The notes under the pieces were generated by a model that was not told the origin of the DNA, searched no databases, and saw only the letters and a program-made list of their open reading frames with translations. The position numbers were made by a program, and so were the translations under genes. Positions 23,132-32,188 of a stretch of DNA of 64,000 nt are shown piece after piece (positions within the stretch are counted from its first letter, which is position 1; each line of letters begins with the position of its first letter). Source of the stretch: an uncultured virus (IMG/VR IMGVR_UViG_3300027986_000009) (taxonomy: Duplodnaviria > Heunggongvirae > Uroviricota > Caudoviricetes); IMG/VR virus record IMGVR_UViG_3300027986_000009. One strand, given 5' to 3'.

Positions 23132-23592
23132 GGCGAAACGATTCCTCGATCGTTGATGATACACGTCCCCGGAAGCTGAATCTTCCACCAGCTCCCCTGC
23201 CGAAAAAGCATCGACTTCACCGGGAACACCCAGAGCTGACGCTTTTTGAAATCGTGCTTCAGGTAGTAGTTGAGCGCGCCCTGTCGCAAGTACCAGAGTC
23301 GCGCCAGTTCGCCGACTTCTCGCCAGCTCGACGAATTTACGGCTGGCGCTATGAAGGTTCCCTCGTTGGGCTGGTACTCGTCGGTGCGCAGAAACTTGCG
23401 GGCAGCCCGCGAAACGTCGTCCGTTTCTCGGCCTCGCTTCCAAGGGCCCACCATGAGCACGCACCGGGGCCACGCGTTGCCTTCGGCGCAGTAGATGAGG
23501 CCCGACTTCGCGGCGGCGTCGATCTCACGTCCGTCCTCGCGCAGCTTGAAGCTGACGAGGGTGCCCATCACGAGAAATTCGGAGTCGCTCAC
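23128..23592 (-). CDS. Hypothetical protein
   Basis: Translationally coupled ORF. Confidence 0.7.
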   Translation of the reverse strand: MSDSEFLVMGTLVSFKLREDGREIDAAAKSGLIYCAEGNAWPRCVLMVGPWKRGRETDDVSRAARKFLRTDEYQPNEGTFIAPAVNSSSWREVGELARLWYLRQGALNYYLKHDFKKRQLWVFPVKSMLFRQGSWWKIQLPGTCIINDRGIVSP

Positions 23593-23969
23593 GAAACCTC
23601 GTTCACCTCAAACCCTTTGAGGATCAACAGAACGATCGGAGGCTCCGGTTCAGGTAAGTCCTCCGGAAGGGCGCCCTCAAAACATTTCAACGAACACACA
23701 ACGCCGAGAACTTCACCGCCACAGGTGTGATAAGACCAGCCGCCGAGACCGGTGATACGCTCACCTACTTTCGGTTTCACTCCGCAAATATTGCACCCTG
23801 ACGCAGGTACAAGATCCGTTTCTCGCTTCATCATTGGTTTCGCCACGCGTTGCATCTGTTCGCCCACGGGCCCGACACGATGCCCGCGTTTCTTTCTCTT
23901 GTGGCCTGCATGCATGCAAACTGGGGCGAATTTGGATCCGTGGCCGAACCAAAAGGTGTCGCTCGCCAT
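23589..23969 (-). CDS. Zn-finger-like hypothetical (start uncertain)
   Basis: CNIC...CSLKC. Confidence 0.45.
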   Translation of the reverse strand: MASDTFWFGHGSKFAPVCMHAGHKRKKRGHRVGPVGEQMQRVAKPMMKRETDLVPASGCNICGVKPKVGERITGLGGWSYHTCGGEVLGVVCSLKCFEGALPEDLPEPEPPIVLLILKGFEVNEVS

Positions 23970-24256
23970 GCAGTGAGATCGGTGATGGGTGGAGGTGGCG
24001 GAAGCTGATCTGGCGCAACGGGACCTTGGCTTGCGGTGATCGCCTTCGACGCCAAGATCATACCAGCGATACCGGCAATCAACCCAACTCCTCCACCTAC
24101 AAACCGATGACCCTGACCGGCGACAGCGGCTCCAATAGCCGCGCCCGCCAATGGGATGCCGTACATGAAAAGTAGTGCTCCTCCACCGCCGGGAGAGCTC
24201 GGATCGGTTATTGCGCCGAGAGACCCCGGCGGCGGATATGTCGCTAACCTCGTCAT
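23831..24256 (-). CDS. Membrane protein
   Basis: RBS AAGGAG; two Gly-rich TM helices. Confidence 0.65.
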   Translation of the reverse strand: MTRLATYPPPGSLGAITDPSSPGGGGALLFMYGIPLAGAAIGAAVAGQGHRFVGGGVGLIAGIAGMILASKAITASQGPVAPDQLPPPPPITDLTAWRATPFGSATDPNSPQFACMQATRERNAGIVSGPWANRCNAWRNQ

Positions 24257-24268
24257 CGATTTTCTCCT

Positions 24269-24730
24269 TCAGCGCCTCGCCGGCAGCCTCTTCTCACGTG
24301 CTGGAGGCTTCGGCAGCCACTCGAGCGTCTTGCCGACGATGTAGGCGCTTCCGACGAAGCCAGCGATCACCGCTCCGTACTTGACCGCCGTCATGAGATT
24401 CGAGGACGCCGCAGCCCCGGACGTCTGCGTCGGGTCCACCATCGGGACCGTGAGCTTGCATGTGGTCGAAAGCTTTTGCTCCCACGCATAGAGCTCGCGT
24501 TGAAGAAGCTGCGCTTGGTCGGCGGCAGCGCTCGTCGTGTTGAACCACCCGAAGCTCTGCGCACCGAAAGCCTTGAGTCCCAAATAGAAGCTCTCCCAGC
24601 TTGCTTTGGTGGCTGCATCGATTCCGGTGCATCCAGTCACCGTCTGATCGACACCCGACGCATCCGCGAGGAGCTGCTGCTGCACCGCTTGCAGATCGCC
24701 CGGAAACCACAGGGTGAAGAGAGCGCTCAT
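24269..24730 (-). CDS. C-terminally anchored membrane protein
   Basis: Start at ATGA overlap; TM plus basic tail. Confidence 0.7.
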   Translation of the reverse strand: MSALFTLWFPGDLQAVQQQLLADASGVDQTVTGCTGIDAATKASWESFYLGLKAFGAQSFGWFNTTSAAADQAQLLQRELYAWEQKLSTTCKLTVPMVDPTQTSGAAASSNLMTAVKYGAVIAGFVGSAYIVGKTLEWLPKPPAREKRLPARR

Positions 24731-25899
24731 CGACGTCTCCGGCTGGAGTGGCTGCGTTGCCACGCGTAGTAGATGATGCCGGTCACAACACCGGCGCCCG
24801 CAGCGACCCCGAGTGCCTTGAGGGCCCCCACATTGCTTCCAGACGACGTAGGCACGATCGCACCACCACCACCAGCCACGATCGCCTGCTGGTAGAGCCC
24901 GATCATCTGTCTGATGTAGCCCTGCGCCGTCTGCGCATCGGCCTGCGTCGGCGAGCTCGAATTGACCGCAGCCAGCGCAGCGTTCAGCGTCCAAGCCTGC
25001 TGCGTGTAGGGTTGCGTCACGGAAGCGTTCCCGGCGAGGTCAATCTCCGGCCCCACCGACGTCGCCCCCGCATTGCCGGCAGCCTGGTAGGCGGTGACGG
25101 CACCCTTGAAATCGTTCGCAGCGAGATAGGTGTCACCCGCGCCGGCAGCCGCGATCACCTCGTTCTGCAGATCGGTCGTCGCCTGCGCATAAACCCCCGT
25201 CGCCACCGCCGAAACGGCTCCCATAAAGGGAACCTCCACCCAGGTATGACCCTCATCTTTTGAGGCCCATGTCTTGCCGAACCGCTGCTCGTAAACCGTT
25301 CGCGCACCCACTCGACCCAGCGAAACGAGCTGCGGTGCGATGTCCTTCAGCGGGTCCACCCAGACCTCCTTGTCGGCCGTCGCGGCTTTGCCGACCGGCC
25401 AGTTCGTCGAAGGATCGACGCGCAGCCACGTGCCGTTTTCGTCACGCACGGCGATGAGGATGTGATCTTGCTCGGCTCCGTCCCAGTGCTGCTCGACAAA
25501 TTGCGTCGGTATGCCGGCGAGAATGGTCACCGTGGCGAGCGCCACCGAGTAGTCGTCACAATCGGCCACCGGATTGCATTGTCCAGGCTTCAAGCAAAGC
25601 GTTCGCGTCGCTCGCTGAATCCATTCCATGTGAACCGGATCCGCGAGGTACATCGTCTGATCTCGCAGCGCGTTCAGGAGCGTCTGCGTCTGCGCGCGCA
25701 CCCCTTGAGGGCGTCCGGCGGCGATGAGCACCTGACCGAGCCAGCCGCGCGCGAGTCGTGCCTCCTCGACGTTGTTGACGCCGTAGAGCGTCTGAGCGAC
25801 CACCTCTGCAACGCTTCGCCGCAGGGCGGCCGAGCCGGGCTGGAGCACCTCATGAGCCGCCACCCTGGCCGGCTCCCCGAGAACGAGGGAGGTGGTCAT
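24727..25899 (-). CDS. Transglutaminase-like cysteine protease with membrane anchor
   Basis: ADCDD, DHILIAV, WLRVDPS (Cys-His-Asp); C-terminal TM plus RRRR. Confidence 0.85.
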   Translation of the reverse strand: MTTSLVLGEPARVAAHEVLQPGSAALRRSVAEVVAQTLYGVNNVEEARLARGWLGQVLIAAGRPQGVRAQTQTLLNALRDQTMYLADPVHMEWIQRATRTLCLKPGQCNPVADCDDYSVALATVTILAGIPTQFVEQHWDGAEQDHILIAVRDENGTWLRVDPSTNWPVGKAATADKEVWVDPLKDIAPQLVSLGRVGARTVYEQRFGKTWASKDEGHTWVEVPFMGAVSAVATGVYAQATTDLQNEVIAAAGAGDTYLAANDFKGAVTAYQAAGNAGATSVGPEIDLAGNASVTQPYTQQAWTLNAALAAVNSSSPTQADAQTAQGYIRQMIGLYQQAIVAGGGGAIVPTSSGSNVGALKALGVAAGAGVVTGIIYYAWQRSHSSRRRR

Positions 25900-25931
25900 G
25901 AACGTATCCTACCTCCGAGCTTGACTTTTGG

Positions 25932-26192
25932 CTACGTTGGGAAGGGAGGCGGGCTTCCACCCTGCGAGCGGCAAAGGTCCGCCCAGTAGTGATAGGGGCC
26001 CGAGAAGTCGCTGGCGTTGGCCGGATCGGACGTCGCGAGCGCCGCCATCTTCGCCGCCTGCGCGCACGGATCGCTTGGGTTTGGCGCTGCCGCCGCCGTA
26101 GAAGCCGTCTTCTTTGAGGCGACGACGTAAGCGATGCCGCCGACGACCACCGATCCGCCGAGCACCCACAAGAGAACCCTTCCGGTTTCCAT
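25932..26192 (-). CDS. Small membrane protein
   Basis: N-terminal TM followed by KK. Confidence 0.65.
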   Translation of the reverse strand: METGRVLLWVLGGSVVVGGIAYVVASKKTASTAAAAPNPSDPCAQAAKMAALATSDPANASDFSGPYHYWADLCRSQGGSPPPFPT

Positions 26193-26200
26193 TTTCACCC

Positions 26201-26614
26201 TCACGCGTATCGACGTCGTCGTCTTACTGGCTTCACCGTGAGTGCGTACGCGATAGCCCCCGTCAGCCCTACGATGGCGGCTGCAGTCCCCCACGCATTC
26301 GCAGGTGTCGCATGGGGAAAGTAAAATTGCTTGTAGGCGCCCGTGTTGTAGGTTGTCCAGGGGGTCCAGTTGGTGCCCCCGTTGGATATTTGATACGCGG
26401 CCTGCGCGTTGAAGGTGGGATCGTAAAGCTGAGACGCCGTCACACCCGGATGCGACGGCAGATTGATCTGCCAGAGACCGACGCTGCCTCCGTACTGCGC
26501 ATCGCCGTAAGCGTTCGGGTTGCCCCCGGACTCCGCCATCGCGACGGCCGCTGCTAGATCGGGGTCGGGAAAGCCCACCGAGACCGCCAGATCGCGGAGC
26601 TGCGCGAGGTTCAC
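26201..26614 (-). CDS. Lytic transglycosylase (lysozyme-like) with C-terminal TM anchor
   Basis: AVAMAESGGNPNA, SVGLWQIN, DP..NAQAA, WTPWTTY. Confidence 0.9.
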   Translation of the reverse strand: MNLAQLRDLAVSVGFPDPDLAAAVAMAESGGNPNAYGDAQYGGSVGLWQINLPSHPGVTASQLYDPTFNAQAAYQISNGGTNWTPWTTYNTGAYKQFYFPHATPANAWGTAAAIVGLTGAIAYALTVKPVRRRRRYA

Positions 26615-26660
26615 CCGGTCAAACTACCACCCAGCGCCTTTCTGGGCTACCGTCAAGCCC

Positions 26661-26960
26661 ATGAGCGCGATCGTCAGGCGCCGACGGGCGCGTCGCAACC
26701 CCACTTCAAGCGTCGGAAGCGCCATCGGAACCGATGCGATCTTCGCGCTCGTTGGAGGCGGCATCGGAGCGGTCACCCATACGCCGCGCTCCGCCGGGGT
26801 GATCGCTGGCGCGCAGGGTGGGCTCGCGCTCGCAAGCGTCGGGGGTCTCGTCGTCGCCCTCGTCAGCAAACCCCTTCGGGAGCAGGGGCTCGTCGTGGCC
26901 GGCGTCGGCCTCGGAGGCATCCTCGCGCTCTCCGTCATCGGTAACGTCGCGGGCGTATGA
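26661..26960 (+). CDS. Small membrane protein with RRRRARRNP leader
   Basis: Three hydrophobic helices. Confidence 0.7.
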   Translation: MSAIVRRRRARRNPTSSVGSAIGTDAIFALVGGGIGAVTHTPRSAGVIAGAQGGLALASVGGLVVALVSKPLREQGLVVAGVGLGGILALSVIGNVAGV

Positions 26961-27244
26961 AGTTCACCCCCGAGGTCCGAGCCTCTCTTCTTCTGCAAGG
27001 CGAGACCGAAGAGAGCATCGCCAAGATCGAGGCGGACTGGACGCGAGAGACCGCGTGCCTTGACCGCTGCGAGTGCCCCAAGTGCGGAGCCACCATCACA
27101 CGCAAGATCGACGTGAGACAGGCTGGCGCTACGTGCGCCGTACCGGAGCCTTACGTCTGGGTGAACTACCACTGCGATGGCTGCAAGTACCACGTCGACA
27201 GAGCGGAGACTATAGCTGACGACGGCTCTAAAATGCCTTCTTGA
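26957..27244 (+). CDS. Zn-ribbon protein
   Basis: CPKC...CDGC; ATGA coupling. Confidence 0.65.
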   Translation: MKFTPEVRASLLLQGETEESIAKIEADWTRETACLDRCECPKCGATITRKIDVRQAGATCAVPEPYVWVNYHCDGCKYHVDRAETIADDGSKMPS

Positions 27245-28340
27245 TTTTTTCCCAAGCGATGTCGAGCACCTTCGTCACGGGCTTGCCGACCACGTAGGAA
27301 GCCACGGTCGCGACAACGAGCGCGCCGACGCTGAGGCCCGCCGCGGTTCCTGCTGCCGCCTTGACCGCGGTCGTTCCTGCCGATGACGTCGGCATCGCCG
27401 CCTGCGCTGCCTGGACGTTCGCTTGAACGATCGGCGCCAGGTTGATGGTGTGTGTTGCCCTCTCTGCCTCGCTCAACAAATTGCCAACGTTGACACTCAC
27501 AAACCGAGCCGGCGACGGGTACTGCTCGTTGGGCCACTGCGCATAGATGGCGGCGAAGCTTTCGTTTTGGCTGAGCGCGTTGCCCATCGGGGGAGGCGCG
27601 GGAGCCTGCGAGAGATCTTCTCCCCACGGGGTCCAGCTCGCGGGCCAGAACGCATAGTAGAGATTTGGGTCTAAGTTACCAGTATATGAATTTTGTACGT
27701 TGCTCCACTGCTGGATCATGGGCATCATCGGCAGAAGAGGAGGAACGTAGAAATCCTGAGCGGGGCCCGCGTGGGTCTGGTTCCACATGTTGACCGCCGC
27801 ATCAACAATGACCGACGGTGGGACCGCGCTTTTGCACGAAAGCGCGCTGGCCGCGTTCACGAGCAGCGCCCCGTTGACAAACTGAGCGAACGATCCGGAC
27901 ATCTTCGCCAAGAATGGTTGCGCAAAATTGGCCGCAAGCACGTCCGGCGTCGGTACGGGCCCGTTGACGACGCACGGCGGAGAGTCGCAGTCCGATTGAG
28001 AGATGCCGACGTCGTGGAAGAACTTTGCGGTTGGGCATGCGAGCGGCTGCGCGATCTGATAGAGCGTCTCGAGAGCTCCCCCGAGGATGGGGCCCACGCC
28101 GGGGATGAGCGATAGACCGCCCGCGATGACGGCCACCATCGCTTGCTGATCGGCCTGGCTCGTGATGTCGAAGCCATTCTCGGCGAGCTGTCCGGCAGCC
28201 GAGATCCCCGATGCCACACGCCCCTGCGTCACGTCGACTCCGGTCGCCTGCTGGATGTAAGCGGCACCGTCAGCGGACGCGGACGTTTTGATGTTGCTCG
28301 TGAGCTGGGTGGTGAAGCTTGCGGTGTCGCCCAGTCTCAT
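27228..28340 (-). CDS. Membrane-anchored virion protein
   Basis: MRLGD start, LSLIPGVGPILG helix, C-terminal TM. Confidence 0.75.
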   Translation of the reverse strand: MRLGDTASFTTQLTSNIKTSASADGAAYIQQATGVDVTQGRVASGISAAGQLAENGFDITSQADQQAMVAVIAGGLSLIPGVGPILGGALETLYQIAQPLACPTAKFFHDVGISQSDCDSPPCVVNGPVPTPDVLAANFAQPFLAKMSGSFAQFVNGALLVNAASALSCKSAVPPSVIVDAAVNMWNQTHAGPAQDFYVPPLLPMMPMIQQWSNVQNSYTGNLDPNLYYAFWPASWTPWGEDLSQAPAPPPMGNALSQNESFAAIYAQWPNEQYPSPARFVSVNVGNLLSEAERATHTINLAPIVQANVQAAQAAMPTSSAGTTAVKAAAGTAAGLSVGALVVATVASYVVGKPVTKVLDIAWEKIKKAF

Positions 28341-28501
28341 GAGGGCTACTGTAGCAGAGCTCTTGTCAGTCGTCGCCGCTGACCGCGGCGCGCGCCAGAA
28401 ACATCATGCCGCCAAGCATGCAGAGGTAGGGGTGATCGAAGAGGAACGCCCACACGGCAAAGACTCCGGCCGCGATGTATTGCAGATAGGCGTACGCCTT
28501 C

Positions 28502-29875
28502 TCACGTTCCAGGGCCCCAGCCTCCACCCTGATTACCCTGCGGCGGCGCTTGCGGCGGTCCCGCGACGAGTTGCGGCGCCGCAGAACTCGGAACTGGTCC
28601 CTTGGTGCGGCTCATGAATTCGCGCCCGAGATCGAGAGCCTTGTCAGCGAGACCCACCACCTTGTCGCGCACATCGGGCTTATTCATCATCTCGGCGACG
28701 ATGCCGTGCAAGGAGGGGCCGCCGGTATCCTTGTCGAGGGCCCACGTGAAATTGTCCCCGATGGGAACTCGTTGCCACGGAAGCATGTCTTCCGGCTTCG
28801 GCGTCTCGTCTGGCTTCGGTGGCTCCTCTTCTTCGGGATCCTTGAATGACTCGGCGACACGCGCGCCGGTTGCGCGGAAGGTGCGCCCGAGGTTGGCGAA
28901 CTGCTCGAGGACGCCGAGCGCTTCGGTAAGCTGACCCATAGCGGCCTGACCGACAGCACCGGGAGCCGGTGGTGGAGGAGCCGCAACCGCCGGAGGAGCC
29001 CCCATATGCGTTGGTTTCTGAATCACCCCCCACTCAACGAGCTTCTGAAGCACCGCCATCGCCGTCTGGTCAGGTCCGGATGGGGCTGGGGCCGGTGCGG
29101 GCGGAGCGCCAACGAAAGCGGGCATCGGAGTGGGTGCGGGCGTCTCGGGCTTGGTGATCACCTGCTGAAGCTGGCCCGAGAGGTAACCGATCTGCTGTTG
29201 CAGGCTGCTGATGAGGGCCACGACGCCGGGGTCTGTGCCCGGAGGGAGAGCGGCAAGAGGAGGAGGCGCCGCGACGGGAGCCGGTGGAGGCGGAGCAGGC
29301 GCCGGTTGCTGGGGCGGAGGACCCCAGCCCCACGGAGGCATCTGCGGCATCATCTGTGGTTGCTGCTGACCCATCCACGGAGGTACTTGCGGAGCGCCCA
29401 TCATCCCGCCGTAGGGACTGGGCATCATCGCCGCGATCTCGGAGTGGCTCGGCAGCGAAAGATAGCCCTGTGTCAGCGTTCCACCCTTCGCCTTGATGTA
29501 AAACCGAACCTGATATTTGGCGGGTCCGCCTCCGGATGCCTTGTGAAAATTGTTGATGATGTATTGACGTAGAGCGTTACCACCGCTCATGACATCGCCC
29601 GGCTGGGGCGCCGCAGATGGACCGTTGAAGCTACCGAGACTCTGTGGAGTGGGGGCAACCCGAGAGATATGGATTCCGTAACCGTCGGCTCCCCTACCAG
29701 GGAGCTCGTATTTGAGCATCCCATCCTCGGTCGCGTCGACCTCTAGAATTTCATTCCAGAGCAGATCTGCCTCACCGCCAGCGTTCTCCCACGAACGCTT
29801 CTCCTTGACGACTTTGCCGTTTTTCCGAGGAGGCGACGAAGCCGGCGGAGGCGGAGCGTTTTCTTGGTCGCTCAT
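28502..29875 (-). CDS. Pro/Gln-rich protein with conserved N-domain and coiled coil (scaffold-like)
   Basis: N-domain paralogous to 31173..31976. Confidence 0.75.
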   Translation of the reverse strand: MSDQENAPPPPASSPPRKNGKVVKEKRSWENAGGEADLLWNEILEVDATEDGMLKYELPGRGADGYGIHISRVAPTPQSLGSFNGPSAAPQPGDVMSGGNALRQYIINNFHKASGGGPAKYQVRFYIKAKGGTLTQGYLSLPSHSEIAAMMPSPYGGMMGAPQVPPWMGQQQPQMMPQMPPWGWGPPPQQPAPAPPPPAPVAAPPPLAALPPGTDPGVVALISSLQQQIGYLSGQLQQVITKPETPAPTPMPAFVGAPPAPAPAPSGPDQTAMAVLQKLVEWGVIQKPTHMGAPPAVAAPPPPAPGAVGQAAMGQLTEALGVLEQFANLGRTFRATGARVAESFKDPEEEEPPKPDETPKPEDMLPWQRVPIGDNFTWALDKDTGGPSLHGIVAEMMNKPDVRDKVVGLADKALDLGREFMSRTKGPVPSSAAPQLVAGPPQAPPQGNQGGGWGPGT

Positions 29876-30029
29876 GAGGCTTTCCTTTTTTTCTTCTCGT
29901 TGCAGGCTCGGTAGCCGAGCGGAGGGGCGTCGTAGTAGGTGCGATCGTAGGTGACTTCTTTCGGAAACGGCTCTCCGCACTCAGCGCACCGGCCGACATC
30001 TTCGCCACGATCGACGAAGTGCACCACGA

Positions 30030-30353
30030 TCACGGCGACAGTACCGGCGCCGCCGCAATCACCGGGCTCCCCACCGCCTGCGATAGGATGTTCGTCATCA
30101 TGTTCCAGAAGGGAGCTCGCTGATCGCAGATGAACGGGAAGAGCGCATCGAAAGTCGCCGTGAACCCGAACTCGATCGTGCGCGTCGCTGACGTCGCGTC
30201 GTTGCTCGTCGAGTCCGACGTCAGCGTCACCCCGAGCAGTGCCATCATCTGCGGATCCGGAGGCGGCGCGGACAGCGTTCCCGCAAGCTGCAGAGGGGTC
30301 CTACCCGCAGCGTTGACCCTGTAGGCGACCGTGCAATGTCCGGGAAGAATCAT
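30030..30353 (-). CDS. Hypothetical protein
   Basis: Leaderless-type TAGGCT-N6-ATG. Confidence 0.6.
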   Translation of the reverse strand: MILPGHCTVAYRVNAAGRTPLQLAGTLSAPPPDPQMMALLGVTLTSDSTSNDATSATRTIEFGFTATFDALFPFICDQRAPFWNMMTNILSQAVGSPVIAAAPVLSP

Positions 30354-30367
30354 GCTGCAAGCCTAGC

Positions 30368-30952
30368 TCAGGCTGTCGGCTGAGGCGAGGCTCCGTTCGC
30401 TTGCTCGGCTTCCTCTTCCTCTTCGGGTCCCTGGTGCTCTCCCGCTTCGATGCCTTTGATGGCGTCGGCGAGGCTCGTCGTCGGAGGCAGACCGCGCAGG
30501 TAGTCGAGCACGACATCGACCTCGTCGTCGTTCTCAGTGAACGCGTCGAAGTCGTCCCGGATCTCCTTGGCCACCGCCTTGGCGAAGCTCTCGGGATCGG
30601 CGATCGTCTTGATGACCATCGAAGGGGTGTCGCGGCGCAGGGTCCAGATGACGAAGATACCTGCCTTCGCCTGCATCGCTTTCGTCTCGGCGGCGCTCAT
30701 GTTGGGGCGAGCCACCGGCGCGCCGTAGATGCGTACGTCGGCATCGCCGTCGTCGGCCGAGATGTAGATGACCGTGTGGCCGGCGAAGACCTGAGAGGCC
30801 GCGCCCTTGTGCACCGCCCACGTGGAGCTGCGCAGGTCGACGAAAGTTTCGGTCTGAGGCAGCTTGGCGAGAGCTTCGACGTCGACGCCCGACATGGCGA
30901 GGATTTGCTGGCCGATGTTCATGGCGGCAGGCTGGGGAGCGGGTTGAGTCAT
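30368..30952 (-). CDS. Hypothetical acidic protein
   Basis: Typical codon bias, RBS GAGG. Confidence 0.75.
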   Translation of the reverse strand: MTQPAPQPAAMNIGQQILAMSGVDVEALAKLPQTETFVDLRSSTWAVHKGAASQVFAGHTVIYISADDGDADVRIYGAPVARPNMSAAETKAMQAKAGIFVIWTLRRDTPSMVIKTIADPESFAKAVAKEIRDDFDAFTENDDEVDVVLDYLRGLPPTTSLADAIKGIEAGEHQGPEEEEEAEQANGASPQPTA

Positions 30953-31176
30953 TTGGGATCCTCTGATATGATTTCGTCCATAAGTTTGTTAGCCAGCTCG
31001 TGAGCCTTTTGGGCTGCCGGGCTGCTTCTGGTTCGAGATAGGTTCAACAGTGCAACCGGCTCTCCATATGCTTTCATCACTTTCATGAAAGCAACCGAAA
31101 ACACTTCGCTCGTAGAAGCTTCTCGGAGAGCGGTCATGGTTGCGACCATGCTCTCAACTTCGGCATCTGAACTCAT
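30949..31176 (-). CDS. Hypothetical protein
   Basis: Coupled ORF, low GC. Confidence 0.6.
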   Translation of the reverse strand: MSSDAEVESMVATMTALREASTSEVFSVAFMKVMKAYGEPVALLNLSRTRSSPAAQKAHELANKLMDEIISEDPK

Positions 31177-31976
31177 TCTTTTTTCTCCTCAACCGGAGAA
31201 GGAGCCGCCGGTTTTAGCTGTATTTTGTCGGTCAGCTTGAAAAGCGCTCGCCTGATCCCAGAGGCTACGACGAGTTGTTCGAATTGGGTCTCCAACGCAG
31301 AAAGACGTCTCTCCGTTGCATAGGTTCTCCTGAACCGCATGAACTCCTTTCTGGAGAGTTCCGCTGGAATTTCTTCAGGCAATGGAGAGGCTACGCCTAG
31401 CTCACGTAGACTACGTACGATCGCTTCTACTGTAGCGGACACCAATCCCTTGCTGAAGTACTCCTCCAGTACGGAAGACAAGGAGGGCGACTGTTTCATC
31501 AACTCTTCTACCTTTTTCGATAGAAAGTCGATCTGCTCTCGCTGTTGTTGGATCAACTGTGTAACCGGATCGCTTTGCTTGAGAACTGGAGGCATAGGCG
31601 GTATCTGCGGCAGTGGGTACGGGTGTGGAAGTTTGGTGTCCAGCACCAAATAACCTTGTGTTATGGTCCCACCATGGCCCTTCAGATAAAATCTGACTAG
31701 AAATTTTTGAGGCAGAGTTGCGTCCCTCATAAAATTGTCGAGAATGTACTGCCTTAGTAAGTTGCCAGCGGTTGCACCACCGTACGGCGCTACAGTAGCA
31801 CCATCAATTGAACCAAAACTCATCTCTTGAGGCGCTACGCGCTTGAAATGGATGCCGTAACCTGCCGCTCCAACTCCTCTTCCGTCTGGAGATTTGTCTG
31901 CGTCCAAGATCTCTTCCCATAACAGATCGGCGTCGGAACCGGCGTTGACCCATAGCTTTTTTACTTCAGCGCTCAT
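31173..31976 (-). CDS. Paralog of 28502..29875 N-domain, low GC
   Basis: Shared W.NAG..ADLLW.EIL, GYGIH..RVAP, LRQYI..NF, VRFY.K..GGT.TQGYL. Confidence 0.8.
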   Translation of the reverse strand: MSAEVKKLWVNAGSDADLLWEEILDADKSPDGRGVGAAGYGIHFKRVAPQEMSFGSIDGATVAPYGGATAGNLLRQYILDNFMRDATLPQKFLVRFYLKGHGGTITQGYLVLDTKLPHPYPLPQIPPMPPVLKQSDPVTQLIQQQREQIDFLSKKVEELMKQSPSLSSVLEEYFSKGLVSATVEAIVRSLRELGVASPLPEEIPAELSRKEFMRFRRTYATERRLSALETQFEQLVVASGIRRALFKLTDKIQLKPAAPSPVEEKKE

Positions 31977-32188
31977 TTCGGATCCTCTAGGGTCTTACCC
32001 TCGGTAATGGTGTCAGGCTCGTCTTCGAAGGCGAGCAGGTAACGTAAAGCAGACTGCAGACCGGGGAGCTTGGACTCCGCCTCTGCCCGGGGGAGGTCGA
32101 GTGCGGGCATCGCCTTCTCTGCGATGTCGAGCAGAGCATCGATAACCACGGGGTTGGTGACGTCAAACTTTAGGCGGGCGCGGGTCAC
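31973..32188 (-). CDS. Hypothetical protein
   Basis: Coupled ORF. Confidence 0.6.
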   Translation of the reverse strand: MTRARLKFDVTNPVVIDALLDIAEKAMPALDLPRAEAESKLPGLQSALRYLLAFEDEPDTITEGKTLEDPK

